Under the pieces are notes generated by a model that saw only the letters and a list, made by a program, of their open reading frames with translations, ran no database searches and had not been told where the DNA came from. 64,000 nucleotides of DNA from Spirochaetia bacterium (GTDB taxonomy: Bacteria > Spirochaetota > Spirochaetia > UBA9216): NCBI GenBank assembly GCA_965140585.1, contig OZ223264.1, positions 544,001-608,000 of the forward strand, read 5' to 3'. The first letter of the stretch is position 1; each line of letters starts with the position of its first letter. Below are positions 61,716-64,000 of this stretch, in pieces. Position numbers and translations under genes: made by a program.

Positions 61716-63483
61716 ATGAATTAAAAATATTGCAGAGCTTATTCTGACAAATGCTTTTGTTTACACGGTTGATGAGAACCGAAGCAGGGCTGAAGCTGTT
61801 GCAGTTAAAGACGGTCGAATTACTGCTGTGGGTACTGCGGACGATATTAAAAAATTTGCAGGAGAATCAACCGAGATTATCGATCTTGAAGGTAAACTGT
61901 TAATGCCTGCCTTTGTTGATTCACATATGCATCCTGCCAGGTGTGCGGTTCCCTACCTGTATCACATTCAGCTTAGAGGTGCTTTTACCAGAGATGAATA
62001 TCTGGTAAGAATCAGAGAGTTTGTTGGGAATAATCCGGATTCCGAATACTAAATCGGAGGCGGATATCTGAGATCTGCATTCGGAGAGGCGGGGCCTGTG
62101 AAAGAAGACCTCGATGCTGTTGTCTCTGATCGGCCGATGGCTCTTGATTCTGTAGACGGGCATTCAGTCTGGGTGAACTCGAAGACTCTTGAAATGGCCG
62201 GCATCACATCTGAAACACCAGATCCCGCAGGCGGTGTAATCAAAAAAGATCCGCTTACAGGCGAACCTACAGGCCTGCTTGCTGAATCGGCCAGAGACCC
62301 TGTCAATGCCCTGTTTCCCGCGCCGACCAAAGAGCAGTATAAGCAGGGGCTTTTGTGGCTGCAAAAATGGTTTAATTCTGTCGGTCTTACCAGCTGTCAT
62401 GACGCAATCGTATACTTTAATCCGGATTATTATAATGCATATGAGGAACTTGCCAGAGAGGGCAGGCTGACTGTCCGCTACCGTGGATCCTGGATGGTTA
62501 CTCCTGAAATGGTCGGCGGAGGAGACGGCCAGGCGGAAGATTTTAAACCCGAGATGTCGCTTGATGAACTGATTTCAAAGGGACTTGAGCTTTCCGGTAC
62601 CTTTCAGACTCCGCACTGGCAGGTACAGTCTTTTAAATTTTTTGTTGACCAGGTAATCGAAGAAGAAACCGGCTACATGAAGGAGCCATATATGCATAGA
62701 GACGACAACTGGTACGGAATAAAAGTCTGGGAGCAGGATTTTCTAAATGAGGCCTTCCGGAAGATCGACGCAGAAGGATATAACCTGCATATTCATCAGA
62801 TTGGCGATGCAGCGGCCTCTTACGGACTTGATGCCCTTGAATACGCCAGAGATAAAAACGGTGAGCGTGATTCACGTCATACCTTTGTGCATGTCCAGGT
62901 AATAGATGATGCAGATGTGAAGCGGATGGCCGATATGGGTATGAATGCAGTGATTGCACCCTACTGGTCAATAATTGATAATTACTACTGGGAGCTTTAT
63001 CATCCCTACCTCGGCGCTGATCGTGCATTTAACAGGCAGTATCCGGGAGCCAGCCTTATGAAAGCCGGACTGAATACATCATTTCATTGTGACTTCTCTG
63101 TAACGGATCCGGATTACGGATGGGCGCTATACAGTGCTGTTACCAGAACTCAGCCTGAAAAAGTATTCAGAGCAGAGCAGGGTCCGGATGCTGATAAAAC
63201 AGTAAGGACAACCGATCATTCAGTAAAGCTTGAGCCTGGAATGATCGGTCCGCTTGGATCTGCTGAGGAATGCATGACAATGGAAGAAGCAGTAGAGGCT
63301 GCAACAATTAATGGTGCAAGGGCCGACTTTCTGGAAAAGGATCTCGGATCAATTGAATCCGGAAAGCTTGCCGATCTTATTGTCCTGGACCGGAATGTAT
63401 TTGAAGCTGATATCGAGGATGTCTCCGAACTGAAGGTTTTAATGACCTTTTTTGAAGGAAAGAAGGTCTTTCAGGCAGAATAA
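61716..63483 (+). pseudogene. Amidohydrolase_3 (YtcJ-like) with two frame-disrupting lesions
   Basis: SD GAGGT then ATG AAT TAA, one base out of frame with AELILTNA..; PAFVDSHMH; in-frame TAA at 62050-62052; DGHSVWVNS, HQIGD, GSIESGKLAD. Confidence 0.8.
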
Positions 63484-63502
63484 TGTGTATCCATTAAATA
63501 TC

Positions 63503-63964
63503 TTATGACAGCATTTTTCGCATATTGTAGGTATCTTTGAAGTACTGAATTGCTATGTAATAGCGGTATTCAAGAACTCCTTCGATCCTGCCTATTTTAT
63601 CAGTAAGCAGGATGTGGAGTTCTTCCATATTAGTAACGCTGAAATCGACTTCTATCTGAGAATCTCCTGAAGTATGCGCGATGTATTCAAGTTCCTGAAG
63701 CTTCTTAAGTTCGGCAATTATTGCCTTAAGCTTCGATGTTTCAATTTTCAGGTGAATATTTCCGGCAACTTCATATCCCAGTTTTACGTGGTTTGGAACT
63801 GCGACTATTGATATGTAGTTTTCATCAAGCAGCCGCTTAATGCGGTTCCTGACTGTAGCCTCAGAAATCCCAATCTGTTTAGCTATGTCGGTGTTCGGCA
63901 TCCTTCCGTTCACCTTGAGAAGTTTTACAATTTCATTATCAGTCTTGTCCAGTCCGGATTCCAA
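63503..63964 (-). CDS. Lrp/AsnC family transcriptional regulator
   Basis: LDKTD..I..LL..NGR...DIAK.IGISEATVRNRIKRL HTH; SD AAGGA before TTG. Confidence 0.93.
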   Translation of the reverse strand: MESGLDKTDNEIVKLLKVNGRMPNTDIAKQIGISEATVRNRIKRLLDENYISIVAVPNHVKLGYEVAGNIHLKIETSKLKAIIAELKKLQELEYIAHTSGDSQIEVDFSVTNMEELHILLTDKIGRIEGVLEYRYYIAIQYFKDTYNMRKMLS

Positions 63965-64000
63965 ATGCCATTCCTTATTTGATTTATGCTATGACGCTAT

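Noticed and set aside
62050-62052. Programmed readthrough or Sec/Pyl insertion in the amidohydrolase
   Set aside because: The codon is TAA, an ordinary stop throughout this window, and a second independent lesion lies at codon 3

Overview
A gene-dense bacterial chromosome segment, most likely from a free-living anaerobic spirochaete. This is inferred from the 'AAHAG'-type chemoreceptors, the TPR/Mrr-like and Hsp70-SBD/LysM membrane proteins and the many lipoproteins. About 0-28 kb is mostly housekeeping and envelope genes: an outer-membrane protein/lipoprotein operon, a GDPD, mnmE-mnmG-rsmG, LysM-Slt-uppP-ftsK, transporters, rex and redox enzymes. About 28-59 kb is a sensory region with five intact chemoreceptors of three classes (two with C-terminal CZB domains) and one MCP pseudogene. 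It also holds a ~15 kb co-oriented locus that joins a hybrid kinase, a REC-PP2C-RsbW partner-switch protein, two STAS proteins, a PilZ protein and an atypical double-tip MCP/CheZ-like protein to cheW-Y-A-D-R-B. The end carries a non-pyrrolysine MttB-family methyltransferase, a disrupted amidohydrolase and an Lrp regulator. I saw no rRNA, tRNA, CRISPR array or mobile element. The best leads are the chemosensory/partner-switch locus, a sigma28-like motif shared by ftsK and a chemoreceptor, the FlgT/LPP20-like outer-membrane operon and several apparently leaderless genes. All calls come from motif recognition by eye; no database searches were run.
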